A model generated the notes under the pieces. That model was not told where the DNA came from and did no database searches. It saw only the letters and a list, made by a program, of their open reading frames with translations. A DNA stretch of 64,000 nt from an uncultured Aliarcobacter sp. Its GTDB lineage: Bacteria; Campylobacterota; Campylobacteria; Campylobacterales; Arcobacteraceae. The stretch is taken from NCBI GenBank assembly GCA_963664305.2, contig CAXXLV010000001.1, positions 928,001-992,000 of the forward strand, given 5' to 3'. Positions 1 through 10,700 of the stretch are shown here, piece by piece; positions within the stretch are counted from its first letter, which is position 1; each line of letters opens with the position of its first letter. The position numbers and the translations under genes were made by a program.

Positions 1-711
1 AAACTCATCAGGAACTGGTGTGTGAATAAGTCCTGTTGAATGAACAGCAATACTAATTAACATTGGTCCCATTAGATATGCAGCTGTTAGTTTTACTTTT
101 TTAGCAACAATTGCTCCAATATATCCCAAAAGAATTAAAACAGATAATTCAAATAAATCTATATTTTTAAGAGGAATAGTTATTAGTTTATTTCCACTTA
201 TGTCAATTTGAAAGATATATTGAATAACAAAAGGTAAAGTAACAACTACAAAAAATAATCTTGAACTTTGCATCAAAGTTATCTTTGAAATATTTGCTTT
301 TATCTCTTCACCAATAATTACCATCTCTATAACACCACCTGGCATTGAGCCTAAATAAGAGGTTTTGATATCATAATTTAGAAATCTATGATAATAATAT
401 GTCCCACAAATTATAGTTAAAATAGTAAATGGAATTACAAGTAATAAAGAAAAGAAATAAACATCAATATAATCTAATATTTCTGGTGTAAAGGCACTTC
501 CTATTGTAAGACCTATAAATATCCTAGCAGGTGGAGAAAAAGTTTTTGGACTCTGAATTGGAAGTTTTTCAAATCTCATGGCAATTGATGAAGCAAAAAT
601 AGCTCCTAAAAGCCAAGGAAGTGGTAAATGCAAATATATAAATAAAATTGAACCACAAACACCTATAAAAAGTGCAAGTAACATTTTCAAGATGATTTGC
701 ATATTTATCAT
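1..711 (-). CDS. AbrB-family (AidB-regulator-like) membrane protein, 3' end outside window
   Basis: Not in ORF track. Manual translation from ATG at 711: MINMQIILKMLLALFIGVCGSILFIYLHLPLPWLLGAI...SMPGGVIEMV; hydrophobic, with family-typical PLPWLLG and PGG motifs. Confidence 0.8.
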   Translation of the reverse strand, partial: MINMQIILKMLLALFIGVCGSILFIYLHLPLPWLLGAIFASSIAMRFEKLPIQSPKTFSPPARIFIGLTIGSAFTPEILDYIDVYFFSLLLVIPFTILTIICGTYYYHRFLNYDIKTSYLGSMPGGVIEMVIIGEEIKANISKITLMQSSRLFFVVVTLPFVIQYIFQIDISGNKLITIPLKNIDLFELSVLILLGYIGAIVAKKVKLTAAYLMGPMLISIAVHSTGLIHTPVPDEF

Positions 712-801
712 TAAAAGCCTAAGATTTTTTTGTTTGTAGTATATTATGATTGGTTTAAAGTTTCAACTTTTATGAGGAAAATTGAAATTTTTAGGAGGTA
801 A

Positions 802-826
802 TTGTCCTAGAAAGTATCTAGGACAA
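802..826. terminator. Hairpin downstream of porB (possible terminator)
   Basis: ttgtcctaga-aagta-tctaggacaa, 10-bp inverted repeat just past the porB stop; U-tract weak on the minus strand. Confidence 0.5.
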
Positions 827-832
827 CTATTT

Positions 833-1801
833 TTACATTCTGATTTCTTCTCTTTTTTGTAAGAAAGTCCATCTTTCATCAATTCTTTTTTGCCACTCAT
901 CAATTAAATATTCATATTCAGGTTTGAATAAGTGTTTAAATCTTGGTTGAGCTCCTAAATAATCTCTTACAGGAACAATATTTTTTGGTCTGTAAGTAAT
1001 ATTTAATTCTCTTCCATCAATGATTTCATATAATGGGAATACAAGTGAATCAACTGCTAAATCAGAAACTTCAATAGTTTGATTTGGAGCAAATTTCCAC
1101 TCAGTTGTACAAGCTGACATTGCATTTATAAATACTGGACCATGAGTATCAAATCCTCTTTGGATTTTTTTAACCATGTCTTTCCATTTATTTGGAGCAA
1201 CTTGAGCAACATAAGGTGCACCATGAGCTGCCATAATAGAAACGATATCTTTTTTCTGTCTTTTTTCACCATATGAGTGAGAACCAGCTGGTGCAGTTGT
1301 TGTACTTGAACCAATTGGTGTTGAAGATGATCTTTGACCTCCAGTATTTGCATAAACTTCATTGTCTAAACAAACATACATAAAGTCATGTCCTCTTTCA
1401 AAACATCCAGAAATCCATTGGAATCCAATATCATAAGTTGAACCATCTCCACCAAATGTTACAAATTTTGGTTGAGGAGTATCTTCACTGATTCTTCCTT
1501 TGTTTCTTAAAGCTTTGTTCATTGTTTCAACACCTGCCATTGCAGTTGAAGAGTTCTCAAATCCAATATGAATCCATGAACAATCCCAAGAAGTATGAGG
1601 ATAAATAGCTGTACAAACTTCTAAACAACCAGTTGAAGCAGATACTACTAAGTTATCATTTGTTGCATTTAAAACTTCTCTAACAATAATAGAGTGAGCA
1701 CAACCTGGACATAAAAGGTGTGAACCCTCAAATCTTTCAGCTGCTGTTGAGAAAGCTTTTAAGTTTTTAATCTCTTTTTGAGTATTAACTAATGTACTCA
1801 T
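833..1801 (-). CDS. porB: Pyruvate:ferredoxin/flavodoxin oxidoreductase beta subunit
   Basis: LCPGCAH, TPP-binding GGDG...DNEVYANTGGQ motif; last gene of four-subunit operon. Confidence 0.95.
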   Translation of the reverse strand: MSTLVNTQKEIKNLKAFSTAAERFEGSHLLCPGCAHSIIVREVLNATNDNLVVSASTGCLEVCTAIYPHTSWDCSWIHIGFENSSTAMAGVETMNKALRNKGRISEDTPQPKFVTFGGDGSTYDIGFQWISGCFERGHDFMYVCLDNEVYANTGGQRSSSTPIGSSTTTAPAGSHSYGEKRQKKDIVSIMAAHGAPYVAQVAPNKWKDMVKKIQRGFDTHGPVFINAMSACTTEWKFAPNQTIEVSDLAVDSLVFPLYEIIDGRELNITYRPKNIVPVRDYLGAQPRFKHLFKPEYEYLIDEWQKRIDERWTFLQKREEIRM

Positions 1802-3039
1802 TTTTGTGCTCCTTCTGCATTATAGAAGCTTAATTCTGGACCTCTTACTCCAATAAATCTTTGGATTTTTCCAGATAATTTACCTTCTTTTGCTTCTTTG
1901 TCTAAAGTTCTATAAATATCTTTTAATAAAGCAACAGTCATATCTCTTCCACCTAATCCATAGATTAAGTTAGACATTAATGGTCTGTTTGGAGTATTAA
2001 TTAATGCTCCAGAAATTTCGTTGAATAATGCTCCAACAGTTCCACCTGGTGCACTTCTATCCATACAAGCAATAGCTTTTACACCTTGTAATGCTTCAGC
2101 CATTTCTTCTAAAGGGAATGGTCTAAATACTCTAGGTGCAACAACACCAGCATTGATACCTTCTGCTTTTAATTGCTCAATTGCAAGCATTGCCGTTTCA
2201 TAAGTTGTACCTAAACAAACTATAGCAATATCAGCATTTTCCATATTATAAGTTTCAACAAGTTTATATTCTCTACCTGTTAATTCTTTAAATTCTTTAA
2301 ATACTTCAAGAATAACTTTTTTAGAACCCATTAATGCAGCATGTTGTTTTGCTTTATGTTCAAAGTGCCAATCTTGTTCTGTTTGAACACCGTGAGTAAC
2401 TGGTTTATCAAAATTTAATAATGCATTTACTTGTAAATAATCACCTACAAATTTACATGCAACTTCATCTGGAAGAGGAGTAACATTTTGTGCAGTGTGA
2501 GATGTCATAAATCCATCTTGATTTGAAATAACTGGTAATCTAACATCTGGATGCTCAGAAATTTTGAATGACATTAAAGTCATATCATAAGCTTGTTGAG
2601 GGTTAAATGCATCAAGTGAAATCCAACCAGAATCTCTAGTTAAATATAAATCAGAGTGGTCACCATTTACATTAAGTGGTGCTGCTAATGCTCTATTTAC
2701 TAAACATAAAACAACAGGAATTCTCATTCCAGATGCTTGGTATAAAACCTCAATCATAAGTGCTAAACCTTGAGATGAAGTTGCAGTTGCAACTCTTCCT
2801 CCAGCAGCTCCTGCTCCAACACAAGCAGACATTGCAGCATGCTCAGACTCAACCATAATTACTTCACCATCGATGTAACCATTTGCATGGAACATTGCAT
2901 AATTTTCAACTGTTGCAGTTGAAGGTGTAATAGGATAAGCAGCAACTACATCAACATCAGCTTGTCTTAAAGCTTGAGAATTTGCCATATTCCCATCCCA
3001 AACTTCAACTGTTTTTAATTCCATAACTTTTTTATTCAT
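1798..3039 (-). CDS. porA: Pyruvate:ferredoxin oxidoreductase alpha subunit
   Basis: AAYPITPST, ESEHAA, TATSSQGL motifs. Confidence 0.95.
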   Translation of the reverse strand: MNKKVMELKTVEVWDGNMANSQALRQADVDVVAAYPITPSTATVENYAMFHANGYIDGEVIMVESEHAAMSACVGAGAAGGRVATATSSQGLALMIEVLYQASGMRIPVVLCLVNRALAAPLNVNGDHSDLYLTRDSGWISLDAFNPQQAYDMTLMSFKISEHPDVRLPVISNQDGFMTSHTAQNVTPLPDEVACKFVGDYLQVNALLNFDKPVTHGVQTEQDWHFEHKAKQHAALMGSKKVILEVFKEFKELTGREYKLVETYNMENADIAIVCLGTTYETAMLAIEQLKAEGINAGVVAPRVFRPFPLEEMAEALQGVKAIACMDRSAPGGTVGALFNEISGALINTPNRPLMSNLIYGLGGRDMTVALLKDIYRTLDKEAKEGKLSGKIQRFIGVRGPELSFYNAEGAQK

Positions 3040-3449
3040 TATTCACCCTTTTTTTGTTTTACAGGCCATTGAGATAATGCTTCTTCTGTAGTAACATATT
3101 CATTAAACATTAATAGTGATTTTGGATTTGTAGGACAAACACTTACACATAATCCACAACCTTTACAGTGTTCGTAATCAACACCTTTCATCTCTTTATT
3201 TCTTGCAATAATTGATGAATCTGGACAGAAAATCCAACAGTTTTGACAGTCAATACAAGTTTCAGAATTCCAAACTGGTTTAATAACTCTCCAGTCTCCA
3301 ACGCTCATACTTTTTGAACTAGTCTCTGAATACATTCTATCTTCTGGTTGAATTTCAGCAATATTATAATCTATACTTCCATCGAATGTGTAAAGAGCAG
3401 CACCAGGTACTAACTCATCCCATCCCATTTCTTTAATTGGTTTACTCAT
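3039..3449 (-). CDS. porD: Pyruvate:ferredoxin oxidoreductase delta subunit (2x 4Fe-4S)
   Basis: CIDCQNCWIFCP and CKGCGLCVSVCP. Confidence 0.95.
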   Translation of the reverse strand: MSKPIKEMGWDELVPGAALYTFDGSIDYNIAEIQPEDRMYSETSSKSMSVGDWRVIKPVWNSETCIDCQNCWIFCPDSSIIARNKEMKGVDYEHCKGCGLCVSVCPTNPKSLLMFNEYVTTEEALSQWPVKQKKGE

Positions 3450-3460
3450 TTTTTATCCTT

Positions 3461-4024
3461 CTAATGAACTTCGTCATAAGCTCTTTGGATTGCTACCATA
3501 TTTGCTTCAATAATATTAGCTGGTAACTTTTTAAGAACGTGTTTCATTTTATTTTTAAAATCTTCAATTTCAAACATTCCACTAACTTTCATAAATGCAC
3601 CAAGCATTGGAGTATTAGGAATTGCTTTTCCAATAGTTTCTCTCGCAATTTGGAAACAGTCAAGAATAAATACTCTTTCTTTAATTTCTTCTAGTTCTGG
3701 AACTAAAGAGATTAAATCCTCTTTGCTAAGGTGAGTTGTAATAATATATTTAGTTGTATCTTTACCATTAGCAGTTATATTATCCGTTATAGCAAGACCT
3801 GGATCTAATATAAATACAAAATCAGGACTCATATATTTTTCATGATTTAAAATTACATTATCGTCAATTCTATTGTAGGCAGTCATTGACGCACCTCTTT
3901 TAGCTGAACCATAAAATGCAAAGGCTTGAACTTGTTTACCAGATTCCGCTACAATTGAACCAAGACCTTTTGCACCTGTTACAGCACCTTGACCTGCACG
4001 GCTATGCCATCTAATTTCTAACAT
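3461..4024 (-). CDS. porC: Pyruvate:ferredoxin oxidoreductase gamma subunit
   Basis: EIRWHSRAGQGAVT, YGSAKRG; AAGGAG SD upstream. Confidence 0.95.
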   Translation of the reverse strand: MLEIRWHSRAGQGAVTGAKGLGSIVAESGKQVQAFAFYGSAKRGASMTAYNRIDDNVILNHEKYMSPDFVFILDPGLAITDNITANGKDTTKYIITTHLSKEDLISLVPELEEIKERVFILDCFQIARETIGKAIPNTPMLGAFMKVSGMFEIEDFKNKMKHVLKKLPANIIEANMVAIQRAYDEVH

Positions 4025-4353
4025 AGAGGCTCTCCTTATTTAAAATATTAAATTTGACTTAAAAAATTTAATTAGTCTTCTGTATTATAGAAGATTTTAA
4101 CTTAAATCAACTTTTATTTCTGAAATTTAAAAAAAAAGTGACACAAAAATTCACACATGTGAGTAGAAAAAATAAAAAAAAATAGCAAAAAAGAAAACAA
4201 ACATAAATTATCAAAGGCTTTAATAAGCCCAATATATAGTAAATTGAGGAATTATTAACAATAAAAAATAAATATTCTATATTATAGAAATAAAAACTTG
4301 TTATTTTATATCTTTTTAAAAGTAGTTTTTTAAATTAAGCAATATTTAATTAA

Positions 4354-5010
4354 TTAAATATTGCTTGAAAGAAATTTTACAGCATCGAGAGAATTATTTT
4401 CAATATAATTTGTGTATTTTAGAAGTTCATCTCTTTCTCCATATCCACATAAAACACCAATTGAGTTAATATTTGCATCATTTGCAGCAATTAAATCAAG
4501 TTTAGTATCTCCTATCATCCAAACATCATGAATATTTTTATCATATTTCATTTGTTCAAGAGTAATTAAAATCGGCTCTGGATGTGGTTTTGGATTTTGA
4601 ACATTTTCTCTACCTGTTATGATTTCAAAAAATTGAGTAATATTAAAATGGTCAAGTAAAGGAATAGTATACATTCTTGTTTTTGTAGTAACGACACTAA
4701 CCCTTGCAATTTTAGAAGCCAGTTCAACAGCTTCGTAAGCATTTTCTAAAAGAGTAGTTTGTTCTTTAGAAATAATTCTATATCTATTTTTATAAGAATC
4801 AACGAAATCCCAAACTTTAGTTTCATCAACACCTAAATTTTTATACATTATATCAAGAGGATAACCAATCAAATTTTTTATATCTTGTTCTGTTCCATTA
4901 AAATTAAAATTTAATTCATTAAATGAGTGTTTAAAAGTTGAAACTATTGCATCAGTTGAATCAATCAAAGTTCCATCTAAATCAAAAAGTATGATTTTAT
5001 TTTTTTCCAT
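4354..5010 (-). CDS. HAD-family hydrolase (phosphoglycolate phosphatase-like)
   Basis: FDLDGTLIDS, KPHPEP, MIGD motifs; start moved to ATG 5010 with AAGGAA SD. Confidence 0.9.
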   Translation of the reverse strand: MEKNKIILFDLDGTLIDSTDAIVSTFKHSFNELNFNFNGTEQDIKNLIGYPLDIMYKNLGVDETKVWDFVDSYKNRYRIISKEQTTLLENAYEAVELASKIARVSVVTTKTRMYTIPLLDHFNITQFFEIITGRENVQNPKPHPEPILITLEQMKYDKNIHDVWMIGDTKLDLIAANDANINSIGVLCGYGERDELLKYTNYIENNSLDAVKFLSSNI

Positions 5011-5018
5011 TTCTTTCC

Positions 5019-6521
5019 TTATTCTTCTATTTGCCAATCTTTTTGATTGTGCATTATTCCTACAAAAGCAGGTTCTATATTTTTTATTCTTTTATTAACA
5101 GCTGTTATACCATCAGGTATATACAAAAATAAATATGGCAAATCATCACTTATGATTTGGAAAATTTCTTTATAAATTGTTCCTAATTCATCTCTATTGA
5201 TTGTATTCATACCTTTTTCTATTAATTTATCAACAGTTTCATTTTTATATGAAACTAAATTAAAGCCACCAAGTTTTGCACTTGAACTATGCCAAAGTGG
5301 ATAGGCATCAGGCATAAGTGCAAGTGACCAACCAAGAAGTACTGCTTCAAAATTTCTTGGATGAACAACAGTATTTAAAAAAGCTTGCCATTCCATAACA
5401 CGGATTTTCATTATAACACCAGCTTTTTGTAATTGATATTGTAAAATTTGTGCAGCATTTATTCTTATATCATTTCCTGTATTTGTAACAACTTCAAAAA
5501 TAAAAGGATTATTTTCATCATAACCTGCTTCTTTTAACAAGGCTTTTGCTTTTTCTATATTTTGAGTTATTGGTTTTACATTTTCATTATATGCAAATGA
5601 ACCAGGTAGAAATGGGCCATTACAAACTTTTCCATAACCAAAAAAAAGTATATCAACTAATTCTTGTCTATCTATAGCTACAGATAATGCTTCTCTAATT
5701 TTTTTATCTTTAAATTTCTCATTATTTAAATTAAATCCTAAATAACTAAAAGAAAAACTAGGTTTTTGTAAAATAGTGTAATCATTTCTAAAGTTTTCAT
5801 CTATTTGTCTATCAATTTGAATAGGATCAAGTCCACCAATATCAAGTTTTTTTTGTTTTAAATATAAAAAAGAAGTATTTGGGTCTGGTAAAAATTGATA
5901 ATTTATTTTTTCAATTTTTGGTTTGCCTTCAAAGTAGTTTTCATTTGCAATTAATTCAATATCTTGACCAGTCTTAAACTCTTTTAATTTATATGAACCT
6001 GTTCCTATTGGATTTTTATTAAATGAACTTGTCATTAAATCTTTTTCATCTTTTAAAATATGATATGGTAAAAGTCCAACCATCCAAGTTTCAATTGCTT
6101 TAAAATAAGGTTTTTTATAAATGATTTCAATAGTAAAATCATCAAGAGCTTTTACACTTTGAACTTCTGTAAAATTTGATTTTATAGAATTAAAAACTTT
6201 TGGATTAATGATTTGTTCATATGTAAAGATTACATCTTGAGCTGTAACTTTAATATTATCATGCCAAAATACATTATCTCTTAATTTTACAACTAGTTTT
6301 GTTGGTGTTTCAAAAGAGTAAGATTTCGCTAAATCAACTGTTGGTTTTCCATCTTTATCATATTTAAATAAACCATTAAACAACCAATCAGAAATTTCAG
6401 AACTAGCAGAATCATTAGCTAGTATAGGATTTAATCTGCTAGGACTAGATGTCATAGATAAGTTTAATGTACTTGCAGTTAAATATGTAAAAAATAATAG
6501 AGTATAGATTAAAAATTTCAT
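5019..6521 (-). CDS. ABC transporter peptide-binding protein (SBP family 5)
   Basis: LNP..AND.AS, PIGTGSY, YLGFN, LPYLFLY motifs; start moved to ATG 6521 (signal peptide MKFLIYTLLFF), since the longer ORF overlaps rpsI and its terminator. Confidence 0.9.
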   Translation of the reverse strand: MKFLIYTLLFFTYLTASTLNLSMTSSPSRLNPILANDSASSEISDWLFNGLFKYDKDGKPTVDLAKSYSFETPTKLVVKLRDNVFWHDNIKVTAQDVIFTYEQIINPKVFNSIKSNFTEVQSVKALDDFTIEIIYKKPYFKAIETWMVGLLPYHILKDEKDLMTSSFNKNPIGTGSYKLKEFKTGQDIELIANENYFEGKPKIEKINYQFLPDPNTSFLYLKQKKLDIGGLDPIQIDRQIDENFRNDYTILQKPSFSFSYLGFNLNNEKFKDKKIREALSVAIDRQELVDILFFGYGKVCNGPFLPGSFAYNENVKPITQNIEKAKALLKEAGYDENNPFIFEVVTNTGNDIRINAAQILQYQLQKAGVIMKIRVMEWQAFLNTVVHPRNFEAVLLGWSLALMPDAYPLWHSSSAKLGGFNLVSYKNETVDKLIEKGMNTINRDELGTIYKEIFQIISDDLPYLFLYIPDGITAVNKRIKNIEPAFVGIMHNQKDWQIEE

Positions 6522-6556
6522 AGGGTATTGTATTGTTTTTTTATAAAAAAAGGCAT

Positions 6557-6587
6557 AAAAAAAGGAGCAACTTTGTCGCTCCTTTTT
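6557..6587 (-). terminator. Intrinsic terminator of rplM-rpsI
   Basis: aaaaaggagc-aactttgtc-gctccttttt stem followed by U-run on the minus strand. Confidence 0.8.
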
Positions 6588-6624
6588 GAAAATAGTAAAG
6601 AAATATACTCTTCGAAAATACCAA

Positions 6625-7014
6625 TTATCTTTTTGAGAATTGAGAAGATTTTCTTGCTTTTTTCTTTCCGTATTTTTTTCTTTCAACAGATCTTGCATCT
6701 CTTGTTAATAAACCATGAGGTTTTAAGATTGTTCTGAATTGCTCATCAAAAGCAACTAATGCTCTTGAGATACCGTGTCTTGTAGCATCAGCTTGAGCTG
6801 AATAACCACCACCTAAAGTTTTAACTACGATATTTACAGAAGTTTCTTGTTTAGAAACATTTAATGGTTGCATAACTCTTTTTTTGATTGACTCATGTCC
6901 ACCTAACCACGCATCTAAAGTTTGACCGTTAATTGTTAATTGTCCATTTCCAGACTCTAACCATACTTTAGCTACTGCTGTTTTTCTTCTTCCAGTTGCA
7001 TATACTTTTGCCAT
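6625..7014 (-). CDS. rpsI: 30S ribosomal protein S9
   Basis: [20 protein letters not shown]-terminal [11 protein letters not shown]. Confidence 0.98.
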   Translation of the reverse strand: MAKVYATGRRKTAVAKVWLESGNGQLTINGQTLDAWLGGHESIKKRVMQPLNVSKQETSVNIVVKTLGGGYSAQADATRHGISRALVAFDEQFRTILKPHGLLTRDARSVERKKYGKKKARKSSQFSKR

Positions 7015-7019
7015 TACTA

Positions 7020-7439
7020 TTATCCTTTAATTTGCGCAGTATGAGGATGTTCACTTCCTGCATATACTTTTAATTTTTTTAACATAGCTTTACCAAGAGT
7101 AGTTTTTGGAAGCATACCTCTAGTAGCTAATTTGTATAGTTTTTCTGGGTTTTTTTCAAACATTTCAGACATTTTGTGAGTTTTAGTACTTCCAAAGTAT
7201 CCTGAGTGAGTGAAATAGTTTTTATCTTCTAGTTTTTTACCAGAAAATTTTGCTTTTGATGCATTTATAATTACAACAAAATCTCCACAATCTACGTTTG
7301 GTGTGAAGCAAGGTTTGTTTTTTCCTCTTAAGATAGATGCAACTTCAGTAATAATTCTTCCGAATACTTTACCTTCAGCGTCTACTACTATCCAATCTCT
7401 TTCGATTTCGTTAGCTTTTGCCATTTGAGTAAATTTCAT
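7020..7439 (-). CDS. rplM: 50S ribosomal protein L13
   Basis: [36 protein letters not shown]. Confidence 0.98.
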   Translation of the reverse strand: MKFTQMAKANEIERDWIVVDAEGKVFGRIITEVASILRGKNKPCFTPNVDCGDFVVIINASKAKFSGKKLEDKNYFTHSGYFGSTKTHKMSEMFEKNPEKLYKLATRGMLPKTTLGKAMLKKLKVYAGSEHPHTAQIKG

Positions 7440-7514
7440 TTATTTTCTCCGCTTTTTTAATGAGGTGGAATAATAGTGTAGTAATACTTAAAAAATACTT
7501 AAATTAAGTAATTT

Positions 7515-8900
7515 TTAATATTTTATGCAAAATTGAGAGCCTTTTTTTATTTCAGAACTAATTTCAAGAGTAAAATGATGTAAATTTAATATAGATTGCA
7601 CTATAAAAAGACCAAGTCCTAAAGAGTTATTCCAACCATTATTTGATACACGATAAAACTTTTGGTTAATATTTTCAAGTTCTTTTTGTTCTATCCCAAT
7701 TCCTTTATCAATAATACAAATAGAATTAACACTAAGATTTACAATTACATTATGTTCTGAATATTTTAATGCATTTTCAATAAGATTTGAAATAGCCATT
7801 GAAATAAGTGTTTCATCTACATTTAGATTTATATCTTCACCTTGAAGTATAATATCTCTATTTTTATATTTATCTTTTAAATCACTAATACAATTTTCAA
7901 TTAATTTTTTCATAGAACAAGGAATTAAAAGTAGTTCTTGTTTGCCTTCTTCAAGTTTTAATGTAAGTCTTAATTTATCAATTATGTGTGACATTTTATT
8001 TGCATTGTTATAAATCTTGTTTAAAAACTTATTTTTCATTATAAGAGGCATATTTTCATCATTTAAAATACTTTCACTATATCCTGAGATAATTGCGATT
8101 GGATTTTTAAATTCATGTGAAATTGCAGAAATTATTTCATCTTTTTGTCTATTTGAAAGTTTTAGCTTTGCAGTTTGTTTTGCTTTTTGTTTCTCTTTTT
8201 TCGACAATTTTAATGCAACTTTATTTAATAACTTTGTAATTTTATAAAATTCGAAAGTATATGTAGATTTTAGAGGAAAAGATGTTTTTTTATTTGCTAA
8301 TTGAGTTAGAAAATATAAAACATTATCTGTCTCTTTTTTTATTCGTAAACTAATAAAATAAGTAGCTAAAAAAGCAATGATTAAAAAGAAAGTTATATAC
8401 ATAAAAATTTCTATGGTTAATTTCATAAAATTATCTGTGATTTTATTTGTATAATCAGCCATTCTAATAAAATAGATAGAATCATTTAATGTAATCTTTT
8501 TTGCAATATACAATAAATCTTTTTTTAGTGTTTCTGATGTTCTTGTATCTTTACCTAAACCTACATTTCTAGCTTGAATAATTTCAACTCTATTTGCATG
8601 ATTTTTTATTTGTGATAAATCTTTATCACTTTCAGCAATTACATTACCTTTTTCATCAATTATTGTAATTCGTAAGTTTAGTTCAGTATGTAAATCTTTT
8701 ACTATAGTTCTTATATTTTCAATATTATTGAAATTTTTTAAAAGAATTGATAATGTATCAATATTTTGAATAAGGTTTTTTTCTATTTGATTTAAATAAA
8801 GATTTTTTGCCCAAAAATATGTAACTAAAGTAAGTGTAATTAAAATAGCAGCAAATATAGTTATATATGTTCTTAAAAAGACTTGATGAATTTTTAACAA
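7515..8900 (-). CDS. Sensor histidine kinase, PhoR/PhosS-like
   Basis: Two TM segments, SHEFKNP H-box, NLIENALKY, DKGIGI, GLGLFIV; in pst/phoU locus. Confidence 0.88.
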   Translation of the reverse strand: MLKIHQVFLRTYITIFAAILITLTLVTYFWAKNLYLNQIEKNLIQNIDTLSILLKNFNNIENIRTIVKDLHTELNLRITIIDEKGNVIAESDKDLSQIKNHANRVEIIQARNVGLGKDTRTSETLKKDLLYIAKKITLNDSIYFIRMADYTNKITDNFMKLTIEIFMYITFFLIIAFLATYFISLRIKKETDNVLYFLTQLANKKTSFPLKSTYTFEFYKITKLLNKVALKLSKKEKQKAKQTAKLKLSNRQKDEIISAISHEFKNPIAIISGYSESILNDENMPLIMKNKFLNKIYNNANKMSHIIDKLRLTLKLEEGKQELLLIPCSMKKLIENCISDLKDKYKNRDIILQGEDINLNVDETLISMAISNLIENALKYSEHNVIVNLSVNSICIIDKGIGIEQKELENINQKFYRVSNNGWNNSLGLGLFIVQSILNLHHFTLEISSEIKKGSQFCIKY

Positions 8901-9568
8901 AAAATATAACCTTCTCCTCTAATTGAACGAATATAATCTTTTTCGCCATTAGGGTCAATTTTAGCTTTTAATCTTTTAATTGCAACATTTACAGTTTTTT
9001 CTTTTTTATCAAAAGAATCTTCCCAAACTTTATTTAATAAATGTTCTCTAGTCATCAAAATATCTTTGTTTTTTATAAATTCTAAAAGTAAATCATGTTC
9101 AAGATGAGTTAATTCTATCTCTTTATCATCAATAAAAAATTTTTTATTTGCTGATTTATAAACTATATCTTTAACTTTAAGTACATCAACTTCTTTTGAG
9201 CTTCTTTTTATAACAGCTTTTATTCTTGCACATAACTCTTTTAGATTAAAAGGTTTAGTTATATAATCATCAGCATGAGAATCAAAACCTTCTATAATAT
9301 CTTCATCGTCATCTTTTGCTGTTACATAAATCACAGGATTTGAGTAACCTTGTTTTTTGATTTCATTTATAAAAGTTGTTCCTTCTATTCCAGGAAGATT
9401 TCTGTCCATTAAGATTAAGTCAATTTGTTCTTCATCTAAAACTTTTCTTACATTTTTATCTACAGTTAAAAAACCAATGGTTTCATACCCTTCTTTTTGA
9501 AGAGTGTATTCAAGTAGTTCTAAAATATCTTCTTCATCTTCAACAATTAAAATAAGTTTGTTATTCAT
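8894..9568 (-). CDS. OmpR-family response regulator, PhoB/PhosR-like
   Basis: VEDE, DRNLPG, DDYITKPF, winged-helix RSIRGEGY; in pst locus. Confidence 0.9.
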   Translation of the reverse strand: MNNKLILIVEDEEDILELLEYTLQKEGYETIGFLTVDKNVRKVLDEEQIDLILMDRNLPGIEGTTFINEIKKQGYSNPVIYVTAKDDDEDIIEGFDSHADDYITKPFNLKELCARIKAVIKRSSKEVDVLKVKDIVYKSANKKFFIDDKEIELTHLEHDLLLEFIKNKDILMTREHLLNKVWEDSFDKKEKTVNVAIKRLKAKIDPNGEKDYIRSIRGEGYIFC

Positions 9569-10010
9569 CTGGTGTTGACTCTCTTGTAGTTACGATTTTT
9601 TTATTAGGTCTGTCATCCTCATATTCAATAACAGTATCTTTAGAAATTTTTATAATTCCAGGAGAGAATTTAATAGCAAGAATTCTAAACATAAAAAATA
9701 CAAAAATTACAAATAATAAGAAAGTAATATCAAAGTAATCTCTATTTTTGTTTGTTGTTAAGATAATAACGTCACGTATTAAGAAGATGATAAAAATATC
9801 AATAATATATCTAAGTCGTAAAGTCTCTTTTTTGATAAAATCAGAAACCATTTTTACAACTTCCATAATAACAATAAATTCTAACATAAGAATAATTGCC
9901 TTGTAAAATTCTTTACCTGAAGCTATTATTCCAATGAAAATTATTGTTCCAGCAAGAACTTCAAAGTTAGTGCTAAAATACTCTTTTATCTTATTGATTG
10001 CCTTTTTCAT
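9561..10010 (-). CDS. PsiE-family phosphate-starvation-inducible membrane protein
   Basis: Four TM segments, LRLRYIIDIFIIFLIRDVII pattern; lies between phoU and the regulator. Confidence 0.7.
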   Translation of the reverse strand: MKKAINKIKEYFSTNFEVLAGTIIFIGIIASGKEFYKAIILMLEFIVIMEVVKMVSDFIKKETLRLRYIIDIFIIFLIRDVIILTTNKNRDYFDITFLLFVIFVFFMFRILAIKFSPGIIKISKDTVIEYEDDRPNKKIVTTRESTPDE

Positions 10011-10031
10011 GTGAAAAGTATATCATAAAAA

Positions 10032-10700
10032 TTATGATTGTACTATATCTCCTCCAATCTGAGCAAATTGTAATAAGTTAGCAATAGATACAGCTCTATC
10101 AGCTATTTTTTCTAATCTTCTAAGAGCACTTAATGTATCAAAATACTCTTTTGATAAATCTAATTTTTTAGTAATTAATTTTAAAATATTTTTTTCAATC
10201 ATTAAATATAAATCATCAGTTTTACTCTCTTCAACAATAACTCTATGATATTTTTCTTCAATATGAGCTGCACTTGTTTCATCAATAATTGAAATTGATG
10301 TTTTTAAAGATAAAAGGGCAGATTTTAATAATGGAACAGCATATTCTAAAATCATTGGAGTGTTTAAATCTTCCGAATATGATTTTTTGAACATTTTTGC
10401 GAAATCTTTTGCATTTGAACCTGTTCTTACAAGTTCATTTGTGATTTTTAAAAATGAAACTAATTGTCTTAAATCTTTTGCTTCAGGTGAATAAAGTGCT
10501 AGAGTTGTAACAATGATGTTATCAATTTCATTTGATTTAATAAGAAGTTTTTTCTCTGTAATTTCTACATTTTTTAAATCTTCTATTTTTCTTTCTTCTA
10601 AAGCTTTTAAACAAATTTCTAAAGCTTCAACAACATCAACACCAATTTTTAATATCTCATCTTTGATATTTTGTAATTTTATTTCGTAAGGTTTTAACAT
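10032..10700 (-). CDS. phoU: Phosphate signalling protein PhoU
   Basis: PEAKDLR, ELVRTG, LEKIADRAVSIA helical repeats; follows pstB. Confidence 0.9.
   Translation of the reverse strand: MLKPYEIKLQNIKDEILKIGVDVVEALEICLKALEERKIEDLKNVEITEKKLLIKSNEIDNIIVTTLALYSPEAKDLRQLVSFLKITNELVRTGSNAKDFAKMFKKSYSEDLNTPMILEYAVPLLKSALLSLKTSISIIDETSAAHIEEKYHRVIVEESKTDDLYLMIEKNILKLITKKLDLSKEYFDTLSALRRLEKIADRAVSIANLLQFAQIGGDIVQS

Noticed and set aside
4025..4353. Long AT-rich region upstream of porC with gtga...tcac elements
   Set aside because: No ORF or stable structure; spacing does not fit a CRP/FNR consensus; likely an ordinary promoter region.
6522..6698. 59-aa N-terminal extension of the peptide SBP in the ORF track
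   Set aside because: Overlaps rpsI and its terminator; the signal peptide starts at 6521.
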